Assembly (NCBI GenBank): GCA_963843145.1 | Contig: CAWJJC010000028.1 | Coordinates: forward strand, 256,001-320,000 | Direction of reading: 5' to 3' | DNA length: 64,000 nucleotides | Source: an uncultured delta proteobacterium | GTDB taxonomy: Bacteria > Desulfobacterota > RBG-13-43-22 | Shown: positions 1 to 10,942 of the stretch, piece by piece | Layout: each line of letters begins with the position of its first letter | How positions within the stretch are numbered: position 1 is the stretch's first letter | Position numbers and translations under genes: made by a program | Notes under the pieces: generated by a model | What the model was told of the DNA's origin: nothing | What the model saw: only the letters and a program-made list of their open reading frames with translations | The model's database searches: none

Positions 1-123
1 CGGGATGAACTGTCCCACGCTGATCAAGGCCAGGTAGATTAAATTTCCAACCACGGCCAAGCCCCATTTCCCTTTTAGGGCTTCCCGGGCCTGCTGCATC
101 AGATCTCGATTAGCGGTCAGCAT
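1..123 (-). CDS. DUF975-like integral membrane protein, N-terminal part (runs off window)
   Basis: Minus strand ATG at 123 with GGAGG RBS upstream; reads MLTANRDLMQQAREALKGKWGLAVVGNLIYL, resembling the N-terminus of DUF975 proteins. Confidence 0.6.
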   Translation of the reverse strand, partial: MLTANRDLMQQAREALKGKWGLAVVGNLIYLALISVGQFIP

Positions 124-331
124 GGTTCCCTCCACCTACCGTTTTAGTAGCGCCTTCTATTTATAAAGCATAACATAGGTTTAAGGAAAGTGTAAATAGC
201 TCAGAACACCAAGCGAGGTGTTCCCAAAAAGAAAAGTCTTTTGGGATCCTTAGCCTAATTGTTCTGAGTCCTGACTCCTGACCGCCGTAGTCCTTGCATC
301 TTTTTCCAAACTGCTTTAAATAAGAAACACG

Positions 332-3300
332 ATGAATGAAACCTTCTGGGAAAATGAGGTGGCCCGCTTAAGCCGGGCGGGTGATGCCTTGGAAAGGCTG
401 ATCCAAGCTATTGGCGGAGGGCAGCTCCCGGCGCGGTTGCGGGGCCTGCAAGGTTCGGCCGGGCCCTACGCTACCGCTCAAATCCGGTCCGGCAGTCAGC
501 GGCCGGTAATGGTGATCTGTCCCGACGCCCGGTCGGCTTCATCCTTCTACCAGGATCTCCTCTTTTTTACCCAGCGTCAACTCCTGGAGGGGGCTCACCT
601 GCTTTCCGATGCCCCGATCCTTTTCCCGGCCTACGAAAAGTCCGATTTTCGGGAATTTGTCCCCCAAACAGACCTGGCCGCCCAGCGACTGGGCTGTCTC
701 TACGCCCTGCTGACGCACCCGGGGCAGGCCCTGGGCGTGACCTCCCTGGAGGCCCTGCTGAGCCCGGTGATTCCCCGAGAGGTCCTTTCCGAAAATGTGG
801 ATTACCTGGCCAGAGGTGAAGAGGCGGATCGGGAAAAAGTCCTGGCGCAACTGGTCTTCTGGGGATACGCCTCAACGCCCCTGGTCGAGGAGCCGGGGGA
901 TTTCAGCGTCCGCGGGGGGATCCTGGACGTCTACCCGCCCCTTTATGCCAACCCGGTGCGGATCGAATTTTTCGGCGACCTGGTGGAGTCCATCCGGGAG
1001 TTCAACCCGGCCACCCAACGGTCCCTCCGGGACCTCCCGGAGCTGTACCTGCTGCCGATCAGCGAAGTGATCGTGGCGCCCGAAAGGCTGGCCAAGGCCC
1101 AAGCGCGGCTGGCCGCAGCCCAGGCCGCGGAGGCCCTATCGGAAAAAGAGGCCAACTGGCTGAGGCACCGTTTGGAAGAAGGCCTGCCGGCAGGCGGGGT
1201 CGAACGTTGGCTGGACTGGTTTTATGAGCCGGCCGGGACCGTCCACGATTATCTCCCGGCCAATACCCTCTGGATCTGGAACGGTTCCCTGTCCTTACAG
1301 CGAAGCTGGGAGACCCTCAGCGATGAACCCTGGGAAACGTTCTTTCGGAAATTTGCCGGCCGGGATTATTTGCTCCTGGAAGACCTGCCTTTGGAAGGCG
1401 GAGCCGAGGAGGAGGGCCGAATCTGGCATTTGCCGGCCGTTGAAAACCAGGATGTCCGGCAAATCATCCGGGGCCAGTCCACTTCCCGGGAATCGTGGGC
1501 TGAAATGTCCCGCTTGATCACGGGCTGGTTGGAATTGGGCCAGGAAATCTGGCTGGTGGTTTCCCAGGATCATCAGGCCCGCCGTCTCCGGGATATTCTT
1601 TCTTTTTACCAGATGAAGGCCCAGGTGATCTCCGAACAAAAGGTGAATTTCGGCCGCCAGGGGACGGGTCTGTACCTGGTCACCGGGAGGTTGTCCGCCG
1701 GGTTCCGCCTTCAGGTCCCGCCACTGGTGGTCATCACCGAAGAAGAGATCTTTGAGCTAAAAAAAGAGGTGCGAAGAAAAGGGCAGGCGGAAAACATCCA
1801 GGCCTATATCAGCTCCCTGGACGATCTCCAGGTAGGGGACCTGGTGGTGCATCGGGAACACGGTGTCGCCAGTTATCAGGGCCTACAGCGTTTCACGATC
1901 GACGGCCTGGAAGGAGAATTCCTTTTCCTTTCGTACGCCGAGGGGGATAAGCTCTATTTGCCGGTCGACCGGCTGCAGGGGATCCATAAATTTTTAGGAT
2001 TGGAAGGACAGGTCCCCCGGCTGGATCGTTTGGGGGGGCTCTCCTGGAACAAGGCCAAGTCCCGGGTCAAAAAGGCGGTGGAAAAAATCGCCCAGGAACT
2101 GCTCGACCTGTACGCCCGCCGGTCGCTGACCAAGGGCTTTGCCTTTTCTCCGCGGGACCAGTTATTCAAGGAATTCGAAGCCGGCTTTCCCTATGAGGAA
2201 ACCCCGGACCAGCTCCGAGCTATCGAGGACGTCCTCTCGGACATGGAGGCGGAAAAACCCATGGACCGCCTGGTCTGTGGGGACGTGGGGTACGGTAAGA
2301 CCGAAGTGGCCCTGCGGGCGGCCTTCAAGACCGCCATGGACGGCAAACAAGTGGCTTTCCTGGTCCCGACCACGGTTTTGGCCGAGCAGCACTATCAAAC
2401 CATGGTGCGACGCTTTGAGGGTTATCCCCTGGAAGTGAGGATTTTAAGTCGATTCAAATCCCCCAAGGAGCAGAAGGAGACCCTGGCGGATCTGGCCGCC
2501 GGGAAGGTCGATGTGGTGGTGGGCACGCACCGCCTGCTGCAAAAAGACCTTCAGTTCCGGGACCTGGGTTTAATCATCGTGGACGAAGAGCAGCGATTTG
2601 GGGTGACCCACAAGGAGCGGCTCAAGACCCTGCGAACGCAGGTGGATTCCCTGACCTTGACCGCCACCCCCATACCTCGGACCCTGCACCTCTCCCTCTC
2701 CGGGATCCGGGACCTGAGTACCATCGAAACCCCGCCCGAAGAACGACAGTCCATCCGGACCTACATCGTCCGCTTCGAAGAAGACAAGATCGTCGAGGCC
2801 GTGCAGCGGGAATTGCTCCGGGGCGGGCAGGTTTTCTTCGTCCATAACCGGGTCCACAACATCCAGGCCATGGCCTTTTACCTGCGAAAAATCCTCCCTC
2901 AGGCCCGTATCGGGGTGGCCCATGGACAATTGCCGGCCCATGAGCTGGAGCGGGTGATGCTGCAATTCGTCCATCGGGAGCTCGACCTGCTGGTCTGCAC
3001 CACCATTATTGAGTCCGGGTTGGACATCCCCAGCGCCAACACCATTATCATCAACCAGGCGGACCGACTGGGGCTGGCTCAGATGTATCAGCTCCGGGGG
3101 CGGGTGGGACGCTCTCGGGAGCGGGCCTATGCCTATCTGCTCATCTCCGGGGAAAGTACCCTCACCCGCGATGCCCAGAAGCGGCTGAAGGTCCTCATGG
3201 ACTTCAGTGAACTGGGGGCCGGTTTTAAAATCGCCCTCCACGACCTGCAGATCCGCGGGGGCGGCAACCTCCTGGGCACCAGCCAGTCCGGGCATATTGC

Positions 3301-3820
3301 CGCCGTGGGGTATGAATTTTATATCGAGATGCTGGAGCAGGCCATTAACGGGTTAAAGGGGGAAAAGATCGAGGCGGACTGGGAGCCCGAAGTCCGGGTT
3401 CGAGCGGCGGCCCTGATTCCGGAGTCCTATATCCCCGCTACCGGTCAACGGCTTTCCGTCTACAAGCGTCTGGGGTCCACCCCGGATGAAGATCGACTGA
3501 TGGAAATCGCCGGGGAATTAAAGGATCGTTTCGGTCCCATCCCCCCGGAGTTGGAAAATCTACTGAAGATCATTTCTCTCAAAATCAAAATGAAACCCCT
3601 GGGCATCCAGCGGCTGGAATTATTGGACCGGGAGATGGCCCTGGTCTTTTCACCCCAGGGGGACTGGAACCTCGACCGCCTGATCGAATTGGTTCACCAG
3701 GAACCCCGAACCTATCAGTTTAAAGGAGAGGGGAAGCTGCTTGTGGCCCTGGGGGAGGAACCCGATTTATTGGAGGCCGCCGGCCGGTTTCTGACGAGGC
3801 TTAAAATATTGGTCGATTAG
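332..3820 (+). CDS. mfd: Transcription-repair coupling factor
   Basis: 1162 aa; UvrB-homology region, CarD-like RID (GDLVVHREHG), SF2 motifs GDVGYGKT, DEEQRFG, TATPIPRT, QLRGRVGR, C-terminal TRCF domain. Confidence 0.98.
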   Translation: MNETFWENEVARLSRAGDALERLIQAIGGGQLPARLRGLQGSAGPYATAQIRSGSQRPVMVICPDARSASSFYQDLLFFTQRQLLEGAHLLSDAPILFPAYEKSDFREFVPQTDLAAQRLGCLYALLTHPGQALGVTSLEALLSPVIPREVLSENVDYLARGEEADREKVLAQLVFWGYASTPLVEEPGDFSVRGGILDVYPPLYANPVRIEFFGDLVESIREFNPATQRSLRDLPELYLLPISEVIVAPERLAKAQARLAAAQAAEALSEKEANWLRHRLEEGLPAGGVERWLDWFYEPAGTVHDYLPANTLWIWNGSLSLQRSWETLSDEPWETFFRKFAGRDYLLLEDLPLEGGAEEEGRIWHLPAVENQDVRQIIRGQSTSRESWAEMSRLITGWLELGQEIWLVVSQDHQARRLRDILSFYQMKAQVISEQKVNFGRQGTGLYLVTGRLSAGFRLQVPPLVVITEEEIFELKKEVRRKGQAENIQAYISSLDDLQVGDLVVHREHGVASYQGLQRFTIDGLEGEFLFLSYAEGDKLYLPVDRLQGIHKFLGLEGQVPRLDRLGGLSWNKAKSRVKKAVEKIAQELLDLYARRSLTKGFAFSPRDQLFKEFEAGFPYEETPDQLRAIEDVLSDMEAEKPMDRLVCGDVGYGKTEVALRAAFKTAMDGKQVAFLVPTTVLAEQHYQTMVRRFEGYPLEVRILSRFKSPKEQKETLADLAAGKVDVVVGTHRLLQKDLQFRDLGLIIVDEEQRFGVTHKERLKTLRTQVDSLTLTATPIPRTLHLSLSGIRDLSTIETPPEERQSIRTYIVRFEEDKIVEAVQRELLRGGQVFFVHNRVHNIQAMAFYLRKILPQARIGVAHGQLPAHELERVMLQFVHRELDLLVCTTIIESGLDIPSANTIIINQADRLGLAQMYQLRGRVGRSRERAYAYLLISGESTLTRDAQKRLKVLMDFSELGAGFKIALHDLQIRGGGNLLGTSQSGHIAAVGYEFYIEMLEQAINGLKGEKIEADWEPEVRVRAAALIPESYIPATGQRLSVYKRLGSTPDEDRLMEIAGELKDRFGPIPPELENLLKIISLKIKMKPLGIQRLELLDREMALVFSPQGDWNLDRLIELVHQEPRTYQFKGEGKLLVALGEEPDLLEAAGRFLTRLKILVD

Positions 3821-3863
3821 TGGGTCGGAGCGGATCCGGCTGGTCTCGATCAGACCCACTAAT

Positions 3864-5801
3864 TTATGTGGTGACCGGCAAGCGCAGCATGACCGTGGTC
3901 CCGTTTCCTTTTTTCCCCTTGATCTCGACGGTTCCACCGACAATCAAAGCCCTTTCCCGCATCCCCACCAACCCCAGGGAATTGGACTGGGCGATCTCTT
4001 CGGCGGAAATTCCCAGCCCGTTGTCCCGGATCGTCAGGACCAGGCCCAGGGCGTCCCTCTTCAGCAAAGCCTCAATCCGGGACGCCCCTGAATGGCGGAC
4101 AACGTTGGTCAGGGATTCCTGAAATATACGGAAAGCGGCTATCGAGAGGGCGGGGTTTAGATCAAGCTGCCGAACGCTTGACCGGAAACGGCAGGTGATC
4201 CCGGTTTTTTTGGCAAACTCCCCGGCCTGCCATTCCAAGGCAGCGACCAGACCGAAATCATCCAGGATCCGGGGCCGCAGTTCGCTGGAAATCCGCCGGA
4301 CGGTTTGCACGGTTTGATCGATCAATTGGCCCATGGCTTGAGCCTTCGCTCTCAGTCCCGTCTGGTCCGGATTGGAATGACGGAGGATCCAGGAGAGATC
4401 CATCTTGAGACCGGTCAGGAGCTGACCCAGGTCATCATGAATTTCCCGGGATATGTTGGCCCGCTCCTCTTCCCGTACCGATTCAAGATGGGCGGAAAGA
4501 GCCCGCAGCCTTTCTTTGGATTTTTTTAAAGCCTCTTCGGACTGCTTGCGCTGAGTGATATCCAACGCATACCCGATCGTACCGGCTACCTTTCCCTCAT
4601 CATTGTAGTACACCAGCTTATCCACGTGGCTCCAGCCAATCTTCCCTGACGGTTTTTGGTGGGTCTCAATGATGCCGAGTTCAGGCGTTTCGGAGTCCAG
4701 AATTCTCCGGTCGGCACTGATGGATTGGTCTGCAATATTAGCGGGAAAGAGGTCGTGATCCCTCTTGCCCAGAATGTCGTCCTCGGCCAGGCCCAGTATC
4801 CGGCAGGCCGCCTTGTTCACGGCCACGTACCTCCCCTCCCAGTCTTTTTGCCAGATCATGGCCGGGACCGTATTGAGAATGAGTTGGAGTTGTTTTTGGC
4901 TCTTCAACAGGGCTTCCTCGGCACGTTTTTGCTCCGTGATGTCAGTGACAATGGCAATATGACAAGTTGGGCCTTTAACATCCAGAACGCGTGCGGACAA
5001 TAGGCCGTTATGTATATCCCCATTTTTGTGTCGGAATCGGAATTCAAGTCCAAGGACTTCCCCGGTCTCTTTTAAGGCGGCAGCAAAAGGATCACGGTCT
5101 TTCTGATCGATCCAAAGAGCCAGATCGCCCGGAAGGGGGGATCGCCCGACAAGTTCCTTCTTGGAATATCCTGTCACTTTGGTGAAACTATCGTTGACGT
5201 CAAGATAGACCCCATCGAAGGTCCGAGAGATAGCTATCGCGTCAGGGCTGGTTTTAAAGATCTTTGAGAATCTCTCCTCGCTCTCACGCAGTGCCTTGTC
5301 AGCTTTCTTGCGTTCGGTGATGTCAAACTCGATTCCATCCCAGCAAATCGATCCGTCAGCCAAGCGTCTGGGGTGAGACATAAACAGAGACCACCTGATC
5401 CCCCCCGTAGGATCCATCATTCTTACTTCGGACCTGAAAGGCGACAGGGTGCGATTGGCTTCCTCTTCTTCTCGGAAGAAACGAATCCGATCTTCCTCAT
5501 GGATCTGACCATAAATGCGACTTGAATCCGCTAATCCCTCTTCCGGTGTAATGCCGTAAAAGCGACGGACCGTGTCGCTCAAATAGGTAAAAACCGTGGT
5601 CCCGTCATTCTTCCGGATGACCTGATAAATCATCCCCGACAGGAGGTTGTTACTGATAGTCTGGATGGTTAATTCCCTGTCCGGCAGTGCATCCAGCGAT
5701 TGCCGGTTCCGGGATTCTAATTTTTCGAAGTCAGCAATCCTCCGGCGGAGCGCTTCCAATTCCTGAATGAGCTGCTCTTTGGTCTTTTTCTGATCGTTCA
5801 T
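3864..5801 (-). CDS. Multi-PAS sensor histidine kinase (HisKA_3/NarX-UhpB type)
   Basis: Three PAS/PAC repeats (DITERK..), EERANISREIHDDLGQ H-box, FRIFQESLTNV, DNGLG, GLVGMRERA. Confidence 0.93.
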   Translation of the reverse strand: MNDQKKTKEQLIQELEALRRRIADFEKLESRNRQSLDALPDRELTIQTISNNLLSGMIYQVIRKNDGTTVFTYLSDTVRRFYGITPEEGLADSSRIYGQIHEEDRIRFFREEEEANRTLSPFRSEVRMMDPTGGIRWSLFMSHPRRLADGSICWDGIEFDITERKKADKALRESEERFSKIFKTSPDAIAISRTFDGVYLDVNDSFTKVTGYSKKELVGRSPLPGDLALWIDQKDRDPFAAALKETGEVLGLEFRFRHKNGDIHNGLLSARVLDVKGPTCHIAIVTDITEQKRAEEALLKSQKQLQLILNTVPAMIWQKDWEGRYVAVNKAACRILGLAEDDILGKRDHDLFPANIADQSISADRRILDSETPELGIIETHQKPSGKIGWSHVDKLVYYNDEGKVAGTIGYALDITQRKQSEEALKKSKERLRALSAHLESVREEERANISREIHDDLGQLLTGLKMDLSWILRHSNPDQTGLRAKAQAMGQLIDQTVQTVRRISSELRPRILDDFGLVAALEWQAGEFAKKTGITCRFRSSVRQLDLNPALSIAAFRIFQESLTNVVRHSGASRIEALLKRDALGLVLTIRDNGLGISAEEIAQSNSLGLVGMRERALIVGGTVEIKGKKGNGTTVMLRLPVTT

Positions 5802-5805
5802 TGGT

Positions 5806-6759
5806 CTAACCGTCCATGCTGGGAAAATGCTTTTTCAGGCATTCAGGGCAGATGCCATGGCTGAAATCGGCTTGGGAATGCTTTTGGATATAAACCTCCA
5901 CCTGTTCCCAAAACCCTTTATCGTCTCTAATCTTTTTACAATAGGAACATAAAGGCAATATACCTCTTAATGTTTTGATCTCTTTTAATGCGTTTTGAAG
6001 TTCCTGGATGAGTTTTTCCTGTTCTGCTCCTGTTCGTTTGCGCTCGGTGATGTCCCGGCAGATACAGAATATCAGCTTCTGGCCGCGGTAAACTGCGCCA
6101 TTGGTACTGATCTCCATATCGCAGAGCGTGCCGTCTTTGCGACGGTGGCGTGTTTCGAAGTGATCGCCCGTCTCATCGACGGCTTCGATCATGCCCAGCA
6201 GTTGTTCCTTCGTAAATTGAGTGTCCCAATCCCAGATATAAAGCTGTTGGACTTCTTCCATAGAGTAACCCAGCATATGAGCATATTGTTGATTCGCCTC
6301 AAATACCTTGCCGTTTAGGTCGAGGACAACGATCCCGTCCCTTGATTGCTCGACCAGCATACGTCGCCGGGAGATTTCATCCTTAAGAAACTCTTCCGCC
6401 TCTTTGCGCTCGGTAATATCCTTAAGGTGTCCAATGACTCCCGCTGCCTGGCCATCAACCTCTTCAAGCCGAAACATAGAAACTTCAAACCATTCGCTAG
6501 GGCTCCGGGCGGATGGATAAGGGAAAACCAGCCTGTGCGGCTTTCCATTTTCAAGAGCCGTAATAGAGGGGCATTCCAAACAAGCCTCTTGCCTCTGCTG
6601 AAAAATTGTATAGCACTTCTTGCCGGCCAAGGGCATTTTAGAGGCGAACTTTATTTCCATCCAGCGATTGACCCGAACAATGGTAAGATCCCGATCCAGG
6701 ACGAAGATTCCGTCCTGGAGGGCATTAAGCACATTTTCTAATAAACGGTCTTGAGTCAT
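5806..6759 (-). CDS. PAS domain protein with C-terminal Cys-rich (CSYCKKIRD...SHGICPEC) domain
   Basis: Two PAS folds and the conserved LPLCSYCKKIRDDKGFW..FSHGICPEC tail. Confidence 0.85.
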   Translation of the reverse strand: MTQDRLLENVLNALQDGIFVLDRDLTIVRVNRWMEIKFASKMPLAGKKCYTIFQQRQEACLECPSITALENGKPHRLVFPYPSARSPSEWFEVSMFRLEEVDGQAAGVIGHLKDITERKEAEEFLKDEISRRRMLVEQSRDGIVVLDLNGKVFEANQQYAHMLGYSMEEVQQLYIWDWDTQFTKEQLLGMIEAVDETGDHFETRHRRKDGTLCDMEISTNGAVYRGQKLIFCICRDITERKRTGAEQEKLIQELQNALKEIKTLRGILPLCSYCKKIRDDKGFWEQVEVYIQKHSQADFSHGICPECLKKHFPSMDG

Positions 6760-6872
6760 TTTTAACTTCCTTACCTCGACCTTGTCCTGATCAGGACTTT
6801 ACCGGGTCATCATACCCGAAAATAAAAAGATACGCAATTTTGCCTGGGCACTCCTTCTGGCCTGAGCAAGGT

Positions 6873-7075
6873 CTATCCGTTCAACGAGAACGGCCGCCGG
6901 CCATATTTTTTGAGCAGCCCCCGGTCGATTTCTAATCCAAGTCCGGGTCGGGTAAAGGGCTGCAGCATCCCGTTGGCATCGGGCAGTATGGGGGCGGATG
7001 ATGCCTTCGCGGTACCGCGGTATCCAGGAAGGCTCTTCCAGGGGGTATTCCAGGGGCAGGACGTTGTCCGGTAGA
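6873..7075 (-). pseudogene. C-terminal remnant of a mandelate racemase/enolase-superfamily enzyme, frameshifted
   Basis: LPLEYPLEEPSWIPRYREGII in one frame continues as PILPDANGMLQPFTRPGLGLEIDRGLLKKYG in the next; PGLGLEID is the typical enolase-superfamily C-terminal motif; no N-terminus present. Confidence 0.55.
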
Positions 7076-7222
7076 GTTCGATCAACGAAATTTTCAAATA
7101 GATTCTCCTTGGCCCGCTTGTCTTTCAGCGCCTTTTATGACGATGGGGGCTGGCTGAATACTCAATGGGTTATCCCCCCTTCTGGTCTTCCATCAGTTTT
7201 GCGAAGGTTATCTGACCGCTAC

Positions 7223-8287
7223 TCATGACCGCCGTTTCAGCTCTTTGATATCCCGAAAACCGACAAGCTTATTCTTGTCTTCATCCCAGAGGCTCAGGAA
7301 GAGGGCGTCCAAGCTTCTACGGAGGGTAAGCCCCTTTACGTGCAATTCCTTCGTTTCAGCGTAGCACTTGGGAAGGTTGTAGTTGGGGATACGGGGACGC
7401 ACGTGATGGGCGTGATGGAATCCGATGTTTCCGGTGGCCCATTGAAGGATAGGAGGGAGCTTGTAGTAAGAGGCGCCCCTTAAGGAGGCCGTCAGATGGT
7501 TCCACTCTTTCTGGCGGACGAAATAGGTGCCCGGAAAATTATGCTGGAGATAGAAGATCCAAACACCAAAAGTCCCGGCAATGAGGGCGATCGGCATTTG
7601 AATAAGGAGGTATTCCCTGATGCCTATGGTGTACCAGGCCGTAATGACAATAGCGGCGATGGCCAGGTCTGTGAAGTATACGCTTCGTCGCCTTTTTAGA
7701 TCGTCATCGCGATGGGGAAACCGGTATAGTATGATAAAGGTATAAAAATAACCGAGACCGAACATGATGAAGGGATTCCGATATAAGCGGTACTTGATCC
7801 GCTGCGACAGTGAAGCCCCGAGATACTCATCTACAGTCATTATCCTTACCGCTCCGGGACCGCGGCGGTCAAGATTCGCAATGCTGGCATGATGAAGGGC
7901 GTGGTCATGCCTCCATTGCTCGAAGGGCGTAAAGGTTAGTATGCCGCAAACATAGGCCAAGAGGGTATTCGCTTTCTTGTTCCGGAAAAAGGAACCGTGG
8001 CCACAATCGTGGAAAAAGATAAAGATCCGGATATAGAAGGGAACGGCAATCAAAGCCAGCAGGAAAGTGGCCCAGTAGGAGACGCCCAGTCTGATGGTCA
8101 CCAATATCAGCGAGAGCAGTAAAAAGTAGGGTACAAACGTGCCGACCATTTGTTCAATCGCCAGCCCCAGATTGGGATTGTCGTAGCGGGACAGATTTTT
8201 GACCCATTCCGGGCTTTCTTCCGTCCTGTCAAATTTTCTTGGAGCAGCCGATTTATCGGATCTTAAATCGATTCCCTTCTGTTTCAT
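7223..8287 (-). CDS. Membrane fatty acid desaturase (Bacillus Des-like)
   Basis: Histidine boxes HDCGH, HALHH, HHAHH; hydrophobic segments; TGNIGFHH..PRIPNYNL motif. Confidence 0.9.
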   Translation of the reverse strand: MKQKGIDLRSDKSAAPRKFDRTEESPEWVKNLSRYDNPNLGLAIEQMVGTFVPYFLLLSLILVTIRLGVSYWATFLLALIAVPFYIRIFIFFHDCGHGSFFRNKKANTLLAYVCGILTFTPFEQWRHDHALHHASIANLDRRGPGAVRIMTVDEYLGASLSQRIKYRLYRNPFIMFGLGYFYTFIILYRFPHRDDDLKRRRSVYFTDLAIAAIVITAWYTIGIREYLLIQMPIALIAGTFGVWIFYLQHNFPGTYFVRQKEWNHLTASLRGASYYKLPPILQWATGNIGFHHAHHVRPRIPNYNLPKCYAETKELHVKGLTLRRSLDALFLSLWDEDKNKLVGFRDIKELKRRS

Positions 8288-8579
8288 CTGTCCTCACTCT
8301 TAAGAATCTCAAACATAGGTCAATTGTGGTCTCACGGCTACAAGTTGTCAAGCAGGGAACTTCTAAAAAAGTTCGATTTTCGTTATTTAAATCTAAGGCA
8401 GGGGCAGGCTTTACCGAAAGCTTTCGTTAATGCTGAGGAAGTTAGTGAACCCAGTGAACAACGTCCCTCTGCCCCTACCACAATCTTCAAGCAAATGCCG
8501 AAAACAGAGTTAATAAATACTTAGAAAATTTGGAGAGGTTTCCGGAAAGCCTAGTTCCCGACATAATAAATAAGTGAGG

Positions 8580-10160
8580 CTAAAAAAAAGGCAGAAGTCC
8601 CTTTCCTCGGAGCATTCTGATATCCGTCAAGGCTTCTTTCTCTGTTTGGTACGGTGCGGCTTCCACACGATACCAGGATTTACGGTGAGAAACTTTTTTA
8701 GGTTGGACGGCTATTCTTTTGCCCGGCAAGGCGAGGCCGTTTCTGAAGAGCGCTACCTGGCTAAGACTTGAAAAGGTTCCCAAGTGGATGCGGATTGTTT
8801 TGTCCGGCGCCTGCGCCAGTAACGCTTCTTCCTTTAATTCCGGAAGGTGTATCTCCTGGTTCACCAGAATGAGATCGGCGTTGGTAATGGAAGGATTGCG
8901 GGTTAAAATCAAATCGACCAGGGATTCATTGGATTTGCCGTAATACTGAAAGGCCAGTTTAGACAAGGTCTGCCCTTTGGTTACCTTTATCGTCCGGGAT
9001 ATCGACTTCCCGGACCTATAGTCACCCCCTTCCGGGGATTCCCCCCGGGTGGCGTTCTTATCGGTGTCAGGTGCGACCGTCAGGACCTCGTGTTTTTCCG
9101 TCGGCTCGGCCTTGGGGGACGGACTTAATTCGGCCGGAGGTTCCCTCCCTTCGGCGGATTTTTTGATTTCCCGCGGAATTTTCGATGGGATCATGCGGTT
9201 TGCCAAATCGGGGCCCGTCCAATACAGGAAAACGCCCACAGCCAGGCCCGCTAAAACGATCAGCCCATACCGGAAAGCCGGGATTGATAGTACCCGCCGG
9301 GAAGGCTCCTCCCCGGAAATCCTGCCCCGCATTTTTCTTTTGACGTCCGGACCCTCGAGGTTTCCGATTATCTCCCGGATGACCCCGACCTCAATCCTCT
9401 TTAGAGATTCGCTGTATCCGGCCAGGAAGGCGTTCTCACAGATGATGTTGATGACCCTGGGAATGCCGCGGGCATATTTGGCTATGAGGGACAGGGCTTG
9501 GGGGGAAAAAACGGCGGCGGAACTGCTCCCGGCAATTCTGAGCCGATGCTCTATATATCCCAATGATTCCTTTTCGGAAAGAGGACTGATTTTCACCCGC
9601 AGGACGGGAACCTTTGGGCGATATCGCATCAGGGCGTTATCCAGCAGGGTATCGAGCTCGGGCTGCCCGACCAGGACCAACTGGAAAACCTCCGGAATCC
9701 ATGACTCGCATTCGAAAAGGGAAAAAAGTTCTTTGATCACCTCCCCGGAAAGTTTCTGGGCTTCATCGATGAAGACGGCGAATATTTCCCCCCGCTCCTT
9801 CAATTCGCTCATGTAGGAAACAAGATGATTCTTTAGTCCGCCGATTCCACCTGTGATTCCCGTTTCGCCCAGTTCATTTAAAATTTCTTCCAGCAATTCC
9901 TTGAAGTTGTAGGTCGGGTGGAAAATCAGGGCGGTTTTTGTCTTTTCAAGGAGCCTTCCCAGGAGACCGTGAATTAAAATGGTTTTGCCGGTTCCAACCT
10001 CCCCGGTCAGGACGATCAGCCTTTTCCGGTTTTCTAAACCCCCCAGGACGGTCCCCAGGGCATCCCTGTGGCCGGGGGTGAGGAAAAGAAACTTTAGGTC
10101 CGGTGATAATTCAAAGGGTTTTTCAGAAAAATCGTAATAATCTAAATACATAGCTGGCAT
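8580..10160 (-). CDS. ExeA/GspA-like AAA ATPase with TM helix, LysM and SPOR-like domains
   Basis: MYLDYYDFSEKPF start, Walker A GEVGTGKT, IDEAQ, LVGQPEL, GIPRVIN; LysM VTKGQTLSKLA..YYG; C-terminal SPOR-like region. Confidence 0.88.
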   Translation of the reverse strand: MPAMYLDYYDFSEKPFELSPDLKFLFLTPGHRDALGTVLGGLENRKRLIVLTGEVGTGKTILIHGLLGRLLEKTKTALIFHPTYNFKELLEEILNELGETGITGGIGGLKNHLVSYMSELKERGEIFAVFIDEAQKLSGEVIKELFSLFECESWIPEVFQLVLVGQPELDTLLDNALMRYRPKVPVLRVKISPLSEKESLGYIEHRLRIAGSSSAAVFSPQALSLIAKYARGIPRVINIICENAFLAGYSESLKRIEVGVIREIIGNLEGPDVKRKMRGRISGEEPSRRVLSIPAFRYGLIVLAGLAVGVFLYWTGPDLANRMIPSKIPREIKKSAEGREPPAELSPSPKAEPTEKHEVLTVAPDTDKNATRGESPEGGDYRSGKSISRTIKVTKGQTLSKLAFQYYGKSNESLVDLILTRNPSITNADLILVNQEIHLPELKEEALLAQAPDKTIRIHLGTFSSLSQVALFRNGLALPGKRIAVQPKKVSHRKSWYRVEAAPYQTEKEALTDIRMLRGKGLLPFF

Positions 10161-10444
10161 CTGTCTCTTTTGGGGTACCCCACGATGAACTCACGATCAG
10201 TAATGAGATAATGGGGCTTTATCCGAAACCATTCCCCGTGAGTCGTCCGGAAAAGATGGCCTATTCTAACACATGGAAAAGGGGACATCACTTCATTCAG
10301 TTGTGATTTCCGTATCTATTCTTTTAATTGCCATAGCCATCTCTGGTCGTCCCACTCCCAACCTGGCGAGGGATCGCAGCCATAAGCACCCCAAGTAATT
10401 CTTGAATGAAGAAATTGCTTTCTACGGCCATTTGCCCGACCCCC

Positions 10445-10762
10445 TCAATGATTCAGAATCTGTTCCCGAAGCGCCTCGCTGAATTCTTTCAGATCGGAAT
10501 CTTGGATGAGTCCGCGGTGGTGCATGAGGAGAAGATACCACTGCATTTTCGAACGCGAATGACCGTCGAGGCAATCGGTCAAGACCTTGGCTTCTTCTTT
10601 TATCTTCTTCTTTGCATCCCAAAACCGCACGGTGTAGGTCTTACTTTCGTCTGCAAGAATGCCGATGATCTCCTTATTTTTCTTCAAGAGATAGCGCTCT
10701 CGCCACTCGGGGACGCGTTTTCGAAAAGTCTTCCAGTCAGATTCCAAAGGTCCTCTCTCCAT
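10445..10762 (-). CDS. Small hypothetical protein
   Basis: 105-aa ORF with GAGG RBS; protein-like composition (ESDWKTFRKRVPEWRERYL). Confidence 0.6.
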   Translation of the reverse strand: MERGPLESDWKTFRKRVPEWRERYLLKKNKEIIGILADESKTYTVRFWDAKKKIKEEAKVLTDCLDGHSRSKMQWYLLLMHHRGLIQDSDLKEFSEALREQILNH

Positions 10763-10833
10763 CTTTTCCTCTATATCTCACGATTGGAGATCGGCTGTGT
10801 ATATCGTGGCCGTTGATCGTGCGGTTCCAACCG

Positions 10834-10940
10834 TTTGGCCGGTTTAACCTTCTTTTCCAGGTCGCCTTCCCGGAGGATCATCATCCGCTGGGCCTGGGAG
10901 GAGCCGGCGCCGTGCAAGGACTCCACCAGGGCCGTGCCGC
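10834..10940 (-). repeat. 107-bp direct repeat of the 3' coding region of the 4-hydroxybutyryl-CoA dehydratase gene (11791-11897)
   Basis: Aligned by eye: about 5 mismatches over 107 nt, no gaps. Confidence 0.92.
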
Positions 10941-10942
10941 TT

